A stretch of DNA of 33,504 nt from Myxococcales bacterium (GCA_043752985.1 JAYUYE010000825.1:1-33504), one strand, 5' to 3'; positions 7,518 through 16,589 are shown, counted from the first letter of the stretch. Numbers and translations: made by a program. The notes: generated from the letters alone by a model not told the origin.

Positions 7518-9167
7518 GTGGGTGCGTCGCGTCAAGCTCGCACCGGGATCCCGATCTCGGTCAAGCTCATCCTTGCTACCTCGATCGTTGTCGCGGCAGC
7601 AGTGGGCACCGCCACGTGGTTTGCGCAGAAGTCGGTCAACGACTTGACCGAGACATCGATCGCCCATCGCCGCGAGACCGGCGAGCGCTCGATCGTTCGC
7701 GAGTCCGAGCTGGTGGTCAAGGCGGTTGCCACCGCCGTCGCCTTTCCGCTGTCGACCGGCACCCTCGCCGACATTCCGGCCCTCCTCGACAGCACGTTCC
7801 AGGAGGACAAGAAGACCGGTGAGAACCGGGTCAAGTGGCTCGTCGTCACGGATGCCCAGGGCGTGGTTGTTGGCTCGACCTCGGGCGCGCCGCCGAAGGA
7901 CAAGCTCGACGAGCTCGAGCGCAGGCTGGTCGACGGCATCAAGAACGGCGACGTCGTTCACGCTCGCGCCGGCGACGCGACGGACTGGGTCTATGGCGCG
8001 CCCGCGAAGCTCGCCACGGCTCAGGTCGGCTCCCTGCGAATCGGCGTGTCGACCTCTGGCCTCGACAAGGAGCTCCAGGCGTCGCTGTCGCAGGCCGAGG
8101 ATCGCGCGCGTGCGGCGCGCAACCGGATGCTGCTGGTCTCGCTCGTCGTGCTCGCGATCGGCGTCGTGCTCGCCGCGCTCCAGGGCGTCCGGCTCGCGCA
8201 CCCGATCAAGCAGCTGACCTACCAGGCGGAGCGGATTGCCGCCGGGGACCTCAAGGGTCGCGTCCCCGAGGATCGTGGCGATGAGCTCGGCGTGCTCGCG
8301 CGCGCGTTCAACAAGATGGCCGACGAGATTCGCCACCTGCTCGTCGAGCAGGTGCAGAAGGCATCGCTCGAGAAGGAGATGTCGCTCGCGCGCCAGGTCC
8401 AGCAGGCGATGCTGCCACCCGACACGCTCGACATGCACGGCAACCTCAAGGTCGTCGGCTACTGCATGCCGGCGTCGAGCTGCGGCGGCGACTGGTGGAC
8501 GTACATCAAGCTGTCGAACGGGCGGATGCTGCTCGTTGTCGGCGATGCGACAGGCCACGGCATCCACTCCGCGATGATCGCGGCGACCGCGCGGGGTGCC
8601 GTCGAGGCGCTGTCAGGGATCGACGAGCGGCTGCTGACGCCCGAGCAGGTGCTCAAGGCGATCGACTCCGCGATCCGTCAGGTTGGCGAGCACAACGTGC
8701 TGATGACCGCGTTCGCCGCGGTGTTCGACTCGACAAACGGCATCCTCCACTACGCGAACGCCGGGCAGAACTTCCCGTACGTGATGAAGCTCGGCGTGAC
8801 GCGGCTGCTCGAGGACGCGAGCATCATTGCAGCGAGCGGTAATCCGCTCGGCGACCGCAACATCGAGGTCGAGATCCGGCGCGGCTCGCTGCAGCTGCGG
8901 CCGGGCGATCTGTTCGTGTGCTTCACCGACGGCCTCGTCGAGCGTGCGAACCCGGTCGGCAAGCTGTTCGGCGATCGCCGCCTGCGCGGCGCGCTGACCG
9001 GGCAACCGCTGCCCGATGGTCCGGCGCTGGTCCAGCTGCGCGATCGCATCGTGGCCACGCTCGAGACCTACGCCGAGGGCGCTCAGGCCGAGGACGACAT
9101 CACGTTCGTGCTGTGTCAGTTCGATCCGCCGGCGCACCGGCAGAGCGTAGGTCTCGGAGCGGCATGA
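7518..9167 (+). CDS. Membrane sensor phosphatase: TM, periplasmic Cache-like domain, TM, HAMP, PP2C/SpoIIE (RsbU-like) phosphatase
   Basis: TM1 is VKLILATSIVVAAAVGTATWF. A periplasmic segment of roughly 165 aa follows, then TM2 (MLLVSLVVLAIGVVLAALQGV). The HAMP region reads HPIKQLTYQAERIAAGDLKGRVPEDRGDELGVLARAFNKMADEI. PP2C metal-ligand motifs are present: GGDWWTY, VVGDATGHGIHSAM, FTDGLVE and EDDITFV. Confidence 0.85.
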   Translation: MGASRQARTGIPISVKLILATSIVVAAAVGTATWFAQKSVNDLTETSIAHRRETGERSIVRESELVVKAVATAVAFPLSTGTLADIPALLDSTFQEDKKTGENRVKWLVVTDAQGVVVGSTSGAPPKDKLDELERRLVDGIKNGDVVHARAGDATDWVYGAPAKLATAQVGSLRIGVSTSGLDKELQASLSQAEDRARAARNRMLLVSLVVLAIGVVLAALQGVRLAHPIKQLTYQAERIAAGDLKGRVPEDRGDELGVLARAFNKMADEIRHLLVEQVQKASLEKEMSLARQVQQAMLPPDTLDMHGNLKVVGYCMPASSCGGDWWTYIKLSNGRMLLVVGDATGHGIHSAMIAATARGAVEALSGIDERLLTPEQVLKAIDSAIRQVGEHNVLMTAFAAVFDSTNGILHYANAGQNFPYVMKLGVTRLLEDASIIAASGNPLGDRNIEVEIRRGSLQLRPGDLFVCFTDGLVERANPVGKLFGDRRLRGALTGQPLPDGPALVQLRDRIVATLETYAEGAQAEDDITFVLCQFDPPAHRQSVGLGAA

Positions 9168-11248
9168 CGGCGAGGACCCGACGAGCGCAGGTGCTCGCGG
9201 TGGTGGTTGTGGCAACGCTTGGATCCGGTAGCGCGCAGGCGCAGGGGCCGAGCGTCGATGTTGCTGACCTCCCGCCGCTGCCCGCGACCGAGGATGAGGT
9301 CTCGAGCTCCGCCACGCTGCTCGCTGCGACCTCGGCCGAGGAAGATGTCGTGGTCGGCGCTGCGAAGCGCGAGCAGACGCTTGGCAACGTGGCCTCGGCA
9401 GTGACGGTCGTGTCGGCCGATCGGATCCGGCGGTTTGGCTACCGGACGGTCAGCGAGGCGATCGCCGGCGTCGCGGGCGTGTTCATCACGGACACGCGGC
9501 TGACCCAGCAGGTCGGAATTCGCGGCCTCCAGATCCCCGGCGGATTCAACAGCCGCATCCTGGTGCTCGTCGACGGCGCGACGCTCAACGAGGCGTGGGG
9601 CGCCTTCGCGGGGGTCGGGTACGATGGCCCCGTTTCGATCGACGACATCGCGCGCATCGAGGTGATCCGTGGTCCGGTCGGCGCGGTCTACGGGACCAAC
9701 GCGTTCTTCGCGATCATCAACATCGTCACCCGCGGTGCGGCCGAGGGTCAGCGCGCGTGGGGCAGGGTCGCGCTCAACTCGATCAACGGCGTGGTCACGA
9801 CCGCCGGATTCGCGGCCGGCGGTGTCAACCATCAGGTGCGTGGCTCGTTGCTCGTGATGGATCGATTCGGCGAGAGCTTGAACGTGAGCGAGATCAGCCC
9901 GGATCCGTTGACCTCCGACGGCGCACGCACGCTGATCGGCGCGGTCGTCGGCCAGTCCGGTGGCAGCTTCGCGCAGCTCCGGGTGTATCGGGCGCGGCGC
10001 GATTCGCCGTTCGCGGCGTACGACAGCGATCCGGCCCTCGATCCCGCGTACTCGCTCTACAACACGCAAGCACTGCTCGAAGGTGGACACACGCGGGAGG
10101 TGTCGAAGCGGTTGAGCATGTCCGTGCGCGGCTACGGCACGGCCTACCGGTACTACGACGAGATCAACTACGTGACCGACGACCAGTTTGTCGACTACGG
10201 CGATGCGCTCACCGTCGGTGCAGAAGTTCGCGGCCGCTACGAGCTCGTGCCCGAGAAGCTCGGCCTGACGGCAGGCGTCGAGGCGAACTACAACAAGACC
10301 GAGAGCCGTTCGTACGCGATCGGGAGCGAGGCGGACGGCGTCAAGATCCCACTCGACTTCGACACCGAGGGTGTCTACAGCGAGCTCGACGGCCAACCGC
10401 TGCCGTGGCTCGGCTTCACCGGCGGCGTGCGCTTCGATCGCAACTCCGTGCTCGAGAGCCGGCTGTCACCGCGCGCGGCATTGTTCATTGCCGATCCGGA
10501 GAACTACGGGCTCAAGCTCCTCTACGCCGAGGGCTTCCGCAGCCCGAGTGCATTCGAGTACAAGTTCGCCGACGGTGTCGACTTCTCGGCGAACCCGAAC
10601 ATCCGCGCCGAAACGATCCGCAGCTACGAGGCCGTCGTGTGGGCACGGCCGGCACCTGGGCTGTCGACGCGCGTCTCGGCGTTCTACTGGAATGCGCGCG
10701 ATGTCGTCGAGCAGCGGCCGGATCCAGGTGACACGACGCTTCTGCAGTTCGCGAATGTCGGCCGCTACATCACGCGCGGCGTCGAGGTCGAGGCGAGCTA
10801 CCGCACGGGCGAAGGCTGGTACGCTTTCGGTGGCGGCACGGTCGCGCAGGTCGGCAGCGGCGAGACCGGCACCGCGATCTCGTACGGCGATGTGGTCAAC
10901 GCACCAAAGGTCACGGCGACGGGCGGCGTTTCGACCCCGAAGCTCTATGGCTACGCGCACGTCTCCGCGGACGCGCAGTTCGTCAGCCTCCGGCGGACGC
11001 GGCCCGACGAGGACGGGAATGCATCGCCGAGCTCGCCGGCGTGGACCGGCATCAATGCAACGATCTACGTGCCGAACCTGCGCGGCTTCGATCTGACCGC
11101 CGGCGTGCGCAACATCCTCGGCACCCGCGACCTGCAACCCGCGCCCGGTGACTATGATCGCTTCCCCGCCATGCAGCCGACGGTGATCGTTCCGCGGATC
11201 CCCGCCGAAGGCAGGGAGGTCTATGTCAAGATTGGCTACACCTACTAG
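9164..11248 (+). CDS. TonB-dependent receptor (paralog 1)
   Basis: ATG 9164 overlaps the upstream TGA (ATGA, 9164-9167). The signal peptide is MTARTRRAQVLAVVVVATLGSGSAQAQ. A TonB-box-like EEDVVVGA is followed by plug motifs (IEVIRGPVGAVYGTNAFFAIINIVTR) and a long beta-barrel region. The protein ends in an aromatic OMP terminus, VYVKIGYTY. Confidence 0.9.
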   Translation: MTARTRRAQVLAVVVVATLGSGSAQAQGPSVDVADLPPLPATEDEVSSSATLLAATSAEEDVVVGAAKREQTLGNVASAVTVVSADRIRRFGYRTVSEAIAGVAGVFITDTRLTQQVGIRGLQIPGGFNSRILVLVDGATLNEAWGAFAGVGYDGPVSIDDIARIEVIRGPVGAVYGTNAFFAIINIVTRGAAEGQRAWGRVALNSINGVVTTAGFAAGGVNHQVRGSLLVMDRFGESLNVSEISPDPLTSDGARTLIGAVVGQSGGSFAQLRVYRARRDSPFAAYDSDPALDPAYSLYNTQALLEGGHTREVSKRLSMSVRGYGTAYRYYDEINYVTDDQFVDYGDALTVGAEVRGRYELVPEKLGLTAGVEANYNKTESRSYAIGSEADGVKIPLDFDTEGVYSELDGQPLPWLGFTGGVRFDRNSVLESRLSPRAALFIADPENYGLKLLYAEGFRSPSAFEYKFADGVDFSANPNIRAETIRSYEAVVWARPAPGLSTRVSAFYWNARDVVEQRPDPGDTTLLQFANVGRYITRGVEVEASYRTGEGWYAFGGGTVAQVGSGETGTAISYGDVVNAPKVTATGGVSTPKLYGYAHVSADAQFVSLRRTRPDEDGNASPSSPAWTGINATIYVPNLRGFDLTAGVRNILGTRDLQPAPGDYDRFPAMQPTVIVPRIPAEGREVYVKIGYTY

Positions 11249-13319
11249 GCTCGCGCTGCTCGGTCTGCTCGTCGCGGCACCGGTAGCAGCGGGGCCTGCG
11301 GTCGACGTCGCCGACCTGCCACCGCTGCCGACGGGCGGCGATGACATGTCGAGCTCTGCGACGGTGCTCGCTGCCTCCTCGGCCGAGGAAGACGTCGTCG
11401 TCGGTGCCGCGAAGCGCGAGCAGTCGCTCGGCAACGTGGCATCGGCGGTCACCGTGATCACGGCCGATCGGATCCGCCGGTTCGGCTACCGCACCGTGGG
11501 CGAAGCGGTCGCGGGCGTCGCGGGCGCATACCTCGTCGACAACCGGCTGAGCTACTCGATCGGCATCCGCGGGCTCCAGATCCCCGGCGACTTCAACTCG
11601 CGTCTGCTCGTGCTGATCGACGGCGCGAGCGTCAACGAGGGCTGGGGGGCGTTCGCCGGCCTCGGCTTCGACGCGCTCGTGGGGGTCGACGACATCGCAC
11701 GCATCGAGGTGATCCGCGGCCCGGTGTCGTCGGTGTACGGCACCAATGCGTTCTTCGGGATCATCAACATCGTCACCCGCGGTGCGTCCGAGCTGCCGCG
11801 GGCGTGGGCGCGTGCTGCGGTCAATTCGATCCAGGGACCGACGACTAGCGCCGGCTTCGCGAGTGGCGGGATCGATCGGCAGCTGCGCGGCTCGATTCAC
11901 TTCGTGAACCGGATCGGCGAGACGCTGAACGCCCCGATCCCGGATGGCGACGGGGTCGATGCCGATGCATCGCGCGCGTTCGGCGGTGGGATCGTCGGCG
12001 CGTGGGGCGGCAGCTTTGCGCAGGTCCGCGGCTCGAAGTGGAGCCGCGAGTCGCCGTTTGCGCCGTATGACGTCAATCCTACTCGCGCGCCGTACGAGCA
12101 GTTCGATACCCACCTGCTCGCCGAAGGCGGCCACACGCGAGATGTATCGAAGACGCTCACGCTCGCCGGGCGGGCGTACGTGAACATCTACAACTTCAGC
12201 GATCGGTCGCCGCCGTACGATCCGATCGACCAGCCCACGTCACTCGACACCACGGGTAGCGCGCGAACCTTCGGCTCGGAGCTTCGCGGCCGCCAGCAGC
12301 TCACACAGGAGGTCGGGGTCACCGCCGGCGTCGAAGCGAGCTACAACCGAACCGAGAGCACGGCGAAGTATCGCGGCGACGATCCCGCGAACACGATCGT
12401 CGTCCCCGCCAACTTTCTCCTCGCCGGCGTCTACGCCGAGGCCGAAGCGCAGCCGGTGCGCTGGCTCGGGTTCACCGGCGGCCTGCGCTTCGATCACTAC
12501 GACGAGCTCGTCGCTGCGGATCCGCAGTCGCGCTCGAGGTTGTCGCCGCGCGCCGCGCTGTTCGTGTCAGAGCCGCAGAAGTATGGCCTCAAGCTGCTCT
12601 ACGCCGAGGGGTTCCGCAACCCGAGTGCGTTCGAGGGCAAGTTCGAGGACGGCAACGACTTCAGCGCGAACCCGAACATCGAGGCCGAGACCATCCGCAG
12701 CTTCGAGGCCGTGGTGTGGGCAAAGCCCACCGCCGGAGTGTCGACGCGCCTGTCGGGGTGGTACTGGGACGCGCGCGGCATCGTCGAGCAGCAACCCGAT
12801 CCGCTCGACCCCGCGCTGCTCCAGTTCCAGAACGCGTCCCGCTATGTCTCGGCCGGCCTCGAAGCCGAGGCGTCGTACCGCACGAGCAAGGGCTGGTACG
12901 CATTCGGTGGCGCCGCGTACTCGCGCGTCGGTACCGAGGACGACGCGGGCCAGCTGGTCTATGGCGCGGTCCCCAACGCGCCCGCGATCACCGCGAGTGG
13001 TGGGCTATCGACGCCGCTGGTGTTCGGCTACGCGCACGTCTCGACCGACCTTTATGTGATTGGCACGCGTCCGACCCGGCCCGACGCGGCCGGCAATCCG
13101 TCGCCCGAGTCGCCGGCCTTCGTTGGCTGGAACTGGACGGTCTACGTCCCGAACCTGCGCGGCTTCGATCTCACCGCAGGTGTCCGCAACGTGATCGGCA
13201 AGCGGGAGCAAGTGCCCGCACCCGGCGACTACGACCGCAGTCTTCCCGATGTTCTCACCGTGCCCCGCGTGCCCGGCGAAGGGAGAGAGCTCTATGTCAA
13301 GCTCGGCTATTCCTACTAG
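11223..13319 (+). CDS. TonB-dependent receptor (paralog 2, tandem duplicate)
   Basis: ATG 11223 lies 26 nt inside paralog 1 and is preceded by GGGAGG (11214-11219). The signal peptide is MSRLATPTRLALLGLLVAAPVAAG. The plug is nearly identical to that of paralog 1, and the C-terminus is LYVKLGYSY. Confidence 0.9.
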   Translation: MSRLATPTRLALLGLLVAAPVAAGPAVDVADLPPLPTGGDDMSSSATVLAASSAEEDVVVGAAKREQSLGNVASAVTVITADRIRRFGYRTVGEAVAGVAGAYLVDNRLSYSIGIRGLQIPGDFNSRLLVLIDGASVNEGWGAFAGLGFDALVGVDDIARIEVIRGPVSSVYGTNAFFGIINIVTRGASELPRAWARAAVNSIQGPTTSAGFASGGIDRQLRGSIHFVNRIGETLNAPIPDGDGVDADASRAFGGGIVGAWGGSFAQVRGSKWSRESPFAPYDVNPTRAPYEQFDTHLLAEGGHTRDVSKTLTLAGRAYVNIYNFSDRSPPYDPIDQPTSLDTTGSARTFGSELRGRQQLTQEVGVTAGVEASYNRTESTAKYRGDDPANTIVVPANFLLAGVYAEAEAQPVRWLGFTGGLRFDHYDELVAADPQSRSRLSPRAALFVSEPQKYGLKLLYAEGFRNPSAFEGKFEDGNDFSANPNIEAETIRSFEAVVWAKPTAGVSTRLSGWYWDARGIVEQQPDPLDPALLQFQNASRYVSAGLEAEASYRTSKGWYAFGGAAYSRVGTEDDAGQLVYGAVPNAPAITASGGLSTPLVFGYAHVSTDLYVIGTRPTRPDAAGNPSPESPAFVGWNWTVYVPNLRGFDLTAGVRNVIGKREQVPAPGDYDRSLPDVLTVPRVPGEGRELYVKLGYSY

Positions 13320-15711
13320 GCGTACCACGGCGGTCATCATGCTCGCGCTGATCGTGAGCGCGGTGCCCGCGTTCGCACAGCGTCCCAATCAAGGCGAGGA
13401 CGAGAGCGCGGCGCTCGTGGCCGAGGGACGCGCAGCACTCAAGCAGAACAAGCTCGACCAGGCGGCCAACGCGCTCGACCAGGCGATCGCACTGAACCCG
13501 CGCCGCGTCGAGGCGTACGTCCTGCGCTCGGCAGTCCACGCCGCAAAGAAGCAGTACAAGGAAGGCATCGACCTGATGCGGCGCGCCCAGGCGCTGTCGC
13601 CCGGCGACGAAGAGGTCCTGACAGCGCTCGGTTCGCAGCTCGTCCTCTCGGGCGACGTCGCCGGCGGCATCCCGATTCTCCAGCAGGTCACCAAGAAGAA
13701 CCCCGTGCGCTACGATGCCCAGCTCCTCCTCGGTCATCACTGGCACACGACGGGGAAGTGGCCCGACGCGATCACCTCGTTCGAGGCGTACTTCAAGTAC
13801 CGGCCCGAGGTGCTCGCAAAAGAAGATGCACGGCATCGCGTCGATCTCGCGGACGCGTACCTGCGCTATCGCCAGCCAGCGAAGGCGCTGTCGTTGTTTC
13901 GGCAGGCGTCAGACGCACGCACGACCGATCTCCGCGCGCGGATCGGCGTTGCATGGGCGACCGCAGCCGTCGATTGCCGCAAGGCACGCCCGCTGCTCGA
14001 GGAGCTCGAACCGGTCGCCGACACGCACCCCGAGGTGTGGCTCGTCGACGGACTGTGCGCGCTCGCTCTCGGTGACTCCGGCGGTGCGCTCGCACTCGGT
14101 CGCAAGTATCTCGACAAAGCACCGCAGGCGAGTGCCGCCGGGCACGCGCTCGTCGGAGAAGCGCACGCCGCGCGTGGCAATCTGAGCGAGGCGCGCAAGG
14201 AGCTCGAGACCGCTCGGCAGCTCGAGCCGAATCGGCGGCGGTGGGCAGTGCGGTTCGCGGTGGTCCTGCGCCGCAGTGCCGATCCGAAGAGTGCGCTCGC
14301 GACGCTCGAATCAATCGGCCCTCCGGCCACGCCGAGCATCGATCCCGACTGGTGGAGCGAGCTGGGCGAGGCGCTGATCGCCGCGGGTGATCCGCAGGCT
14401 GCGGCAACGCGCCTGGTCGCGGTCCTTCCCGAGCTGCCGGGCGACGTCGCCGTGCGGACGGTCGCGGGTGCCGCGCAGCTCGCGACGGGGCAGGTGGAGG
14501 CGGCGATCAAGACGCTCGGCGAGGCCGAGGCGATCATCAGCCTGCCGCGCTCGCGCAAGCTCTTGAGCGTTGCGCTGACCGCCGTTGCCGTGAGCAAGCT
14601 GGCGGAGGGCGACGCTGCGACCGCCGAGCCCATGCTCACGCGCGCCGATCAGCTCGACGGCAATCCGCTGGTCTGGCGCAACCTCGGCATCGCGCGCCTC
14701 GCGCTCAACAAGTCCTCCGAGGCGGTCACCGTCCTTGACCGTGCGATCAAGGCTGAAGGCTCGGGCATCACGCTGATGCTCGCCGCGCGCGCGCACTCGG
14801 CGGCGGGTGATCTCACCGGTGCACGCACGCTGTACGAGCGAGCGATGGCAACCGAGAAGGACAACATCGTCGAGGTCGCGCTCGACTGGGCCGCGACCGA
14901 GGTAGGCAGCGGCGATCCGATGTTCGCGATCGCGGCGCTCGACAAGACCTCCGCTGCAGCGAAATCAGGACCGCTCGCGGGACGGCACAAGGCCGCACTC
15001 GCGATCGCGCGGCACGCCGCCGGGCTGATCGCGCTGCGCGCGGGCAACGGTGCGAAGGCCGTAGAGTACCTCACCGCGTCGGTCAAGGCGGCGCCCGAGC
15101 TGTCCACGAAGTGCGACCTCGCTCTCGCGGCCGTTGTCGTCGGAGATGCGGGGCCCGCGCTCGCAGCGCTGCGTGCGGTCAGCGGGCAGAGCTGCCCGTT
15201 CGCACCGCCCGCAGATACCCAGGCGGCGCCGATCTTGATCGCGTTCACCGAGGGTCGAACCGCCAAGCGCGCCGGCAAGGCGCTCGACAAGCTGACGTCG
15301 CTCGCGGGAAAGTCGAGTGGCCCGGCGGCGGTCCTTCTCAACACGGCGATCCGCGTCGTTGCCCTCGAGGCGGCGCAGGACGCCTATCGCGGTGGCCAAC
15401 TCGCGAGGGCTCGCAAGTACCTCAACTCCGCGAAGGCCGTGAATTCGCGAGTCGGTGTCGACGAGCTCGCGCACAACCTGGCGGCGCTCGACCTCGCCGA
15501 CGGCAACGTCGATGCCGCGATCAATGTGCTCGAGCGCGTCTCGAGCAAGTTGCCCGAGGCGCTCGTCAATCTCGGCATCGCCTACGAGCGCAAGGGCGAC
15601 CCGGTCAAGGCGCTCGACGCATGGCGGCGCGCGCGCAAGGCCGGTGCGCGGTTCCCACAGCTGACCGAGTGGATCGAATCAAAAGAGCGGATCTACGGAG
15701 GTGCGCAGTGA
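13294..15711 (+). CDS. Periplasmic tetratricopeptide-repeat (TPR) protein, about 805 aa
   Basis: ATG 13294 lies 26 nt inside paralog 2 and is preceded by GGGAGAG (13281-13287). The signal peptide is MSSSAIPTRRTTAVIMLALIVSAVPAFAQ. The protein is Ala/Leu-rich with repeated TPR-like helical pairs (for example AANALDQAIALNPRRVEAYVLRSAVHAAKKQYKEGIDLMRRAQALSPGD) and ends in a TPR, NLGIAYERKGDPVKALDAWRRARKAG. Confidence 0.8.
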   Translation: MSSSAIPTRRTTAVIMLALIVSAVPAFAQRPNQGEDESAALVAEGRAALKQNKLDQAANALDQAIALNPRRVEAYVLRSAVHAAKKQYKEGIDLMRRAQALSPGDEEVLTALGSQLVLSGDVAGGIPILQQVTKKNPVRYDAQLLLGHHWHTTGKWPDAITSFEAYFKYRPEVLAKEDARHRVDLADAYLRYRQPAKALSLFRQASDARTTDLRARIGVAWATAAVDCRKARPLLEELEPVADTHPEVWLVDGLCALALGDSGGALALGRKYLDKAPQASAAGHALVGEAHAARGNLSEARKELETARQLEPNRRRWAVRFAVVLRRSADPKSALATLESIGPPATPSIDPDWWSELGEALIAAGDPQAAATRLVAVLPELPGDVAVRTVAGAAQLATGQVEAAIKTLGEAEAIISLPRSRKLLSVALTAVAVSKLAEGDAATAEPMLTRADQLDGNPLVWRNLGIARLALNKSSEAVTVLDRAIKAEGSGITLMLAARAHSAAGDLTGARTLYERAMATEKDNIVEVALDWAATEVGSGDPMFAIAALDKTSAAAKSGPLAGRHKAALAIARHAAGLIALRAGNGAKAVEYLTASVKAAPELSTKCDLALAAVVVGDAGPALAALRAVSGQSCPFAPPADTQAAPILIAFTEGRTAKRAGKALDKLTSLAGKSSGPAAVLLNTAIRVVALEAAQDAYRGGQLARARKYLNSAKAVNSRVGVDELAHNLAALDLADGNVDAAINVLERVSSKLPEALVNLGIAYERKGDPVKALDAWRRARKAGARFPQLTEWIESKERIYGGAQ

Positions 15712-16589
15712 ATCGTCTGCTCGCAATCCTCATCGTGCTGATCGCAACGCGCGCGCACGCCGAGAACGTCACCGTCGGCCTGTTCGCACCGAGCGCTCCG
15801 TTCTCGTCGACCGCCGCGCGCGTCGAGCTTGCAAACCGCCTCGGTGAACACCTCGGCACGGCGCTCGGCGGCAAGGGTAGCGGCCGCAACTACGCGCGCG
15901 CGAGTGACTTCTCTGCCGCGGTGAAGAAGGGTGACGTCACGGTCGCGATCGTCGACGCGACGTACCTCGCCGGCGCGAGCGGCAACTACACGGTGATCGC
16001 AGCCGCGGTTCGTGGTGGCGAGACGAGCATTGCGTGGCAGCTCGTCGCGCGGGGCGCGGACAAGATCGGTCAGCTCAAGGGCAAGCGTGTGCTCGTCCCC
16101 AGCGTCGGTGGTCGCGAGACCGACTTCGTGCTCAACGTGCTCCTTGGCGGTGACATCGGTCGCGACTACTTCGCCAAGATCGAAGCGTCGCCGGATACCG
16201 CGTCGGCGCTCGCGGCGCTCGGCGTCGGCAAGGCGGACGCAGCCGTGGTGCCTGCCGGCGTTGATCTTCCGGCCGGGGTGTCCGCCGTGCTGTCACTACC
16301 GACGCTGCCCGGCCCGGTGCTCGTCGCGTACAACGCCACCCCTGCGCAGCGGCAGGCACTCGCGGCTGCAGCGGCGACGTTCAAGGGAGATGGGACGGTC
16401 GCCGGCTTCCGAGGCGGCGATGGCGACAACGTTCGCGCGATCTCGCGGAGGTTCAGTGTGCCGGTCAAGCGGGGGCCGCACGTCGTGCCGGCCGTTCGTC
16501 TGGTGGTCGGTGACCTCGTGGAGAGCCGGACCTTCACGATCGAGCGCACACCCGTCACCGCCTTCGCGATTGCCCCGGTGACACGGTAG
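15708..16589 (+). CDS. Secreted periplasmic solute-binding-protein-like protein (type-2 PBP fold, PhnD/phosphonate-bd-like), with no transporter partner in the window
   Basis: GTG 15708 overlaps the upstream TGA (GTGA, 15708-15711). The signal peptide is VNRLLAILIVLIATRAHA. The sequence has an alternating beta-alpha pattern: VTVGLFAPS...DFSAAVKKGDVTVAIVDATY...LKGKRVLVPS...ASALAALGVGKADAAVVPAG. The fold assignment is by pattern only. Confidence 0.55.
   Translation: MNRLLAILIVLIATRAHAENVTVGLFAPSAPFSSTAARVELANRLGEHLGTALGGKGSGRNYARASDFSAAVKKGDVTVAIVDATYLAGASGNYTVIAAAVRGGETSIAWQLVARGADKIGQLKGKRVLVPSVGGRETDFVLNVLLGGDIGRDYFAKIEASPDTASALAALGVGKADAAVVPAGVDLPAGVSAVLSLPTLPGPVLVAYNATPAQRQALAAAAATFKGDGTVAGFRGGDGDNVRAISRRFSVPVKRGPHVVPAVRLVVGDLVESRTFTIERTPVTAFAIAPVTR

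Noticed and set aside
8918-9163. N-terminal ORF extensions upstream of the chosen starts (8918, 13249, 15111, 18004, 19713, 25763, 27496, 28835, 29661 and 32682 in the ORF track)
   Set aside because: The extended segments overlap the preceding gene in another frame and are Arg/Pro/Ala-rich. They also lie ahead of clear signal peptides or conserved N-termini. Internal starts give ATGA or GTGA coupling, or have an SD-like sequence upstream.
9164-9400. FecA-type N-terminal signalling domain on the TBDRs
   Set aside because: Only about 35 residues lie between the signal peptide and the TonB-box-like EEDVVVGA. That is too short for the signalling domain of about 80 aa, and no FecR/FecI genes are present.
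9116-12134. Antisense ORFs 9116-10396, 10466-11461 and 11226-12134 opposite the TBDR genes
   Set aside because: This is the same high-GC shadow-ORF artefact. The products are Arg-rich and featureless, whereas the plus-strand frames encode clear plug and barrel motifs.
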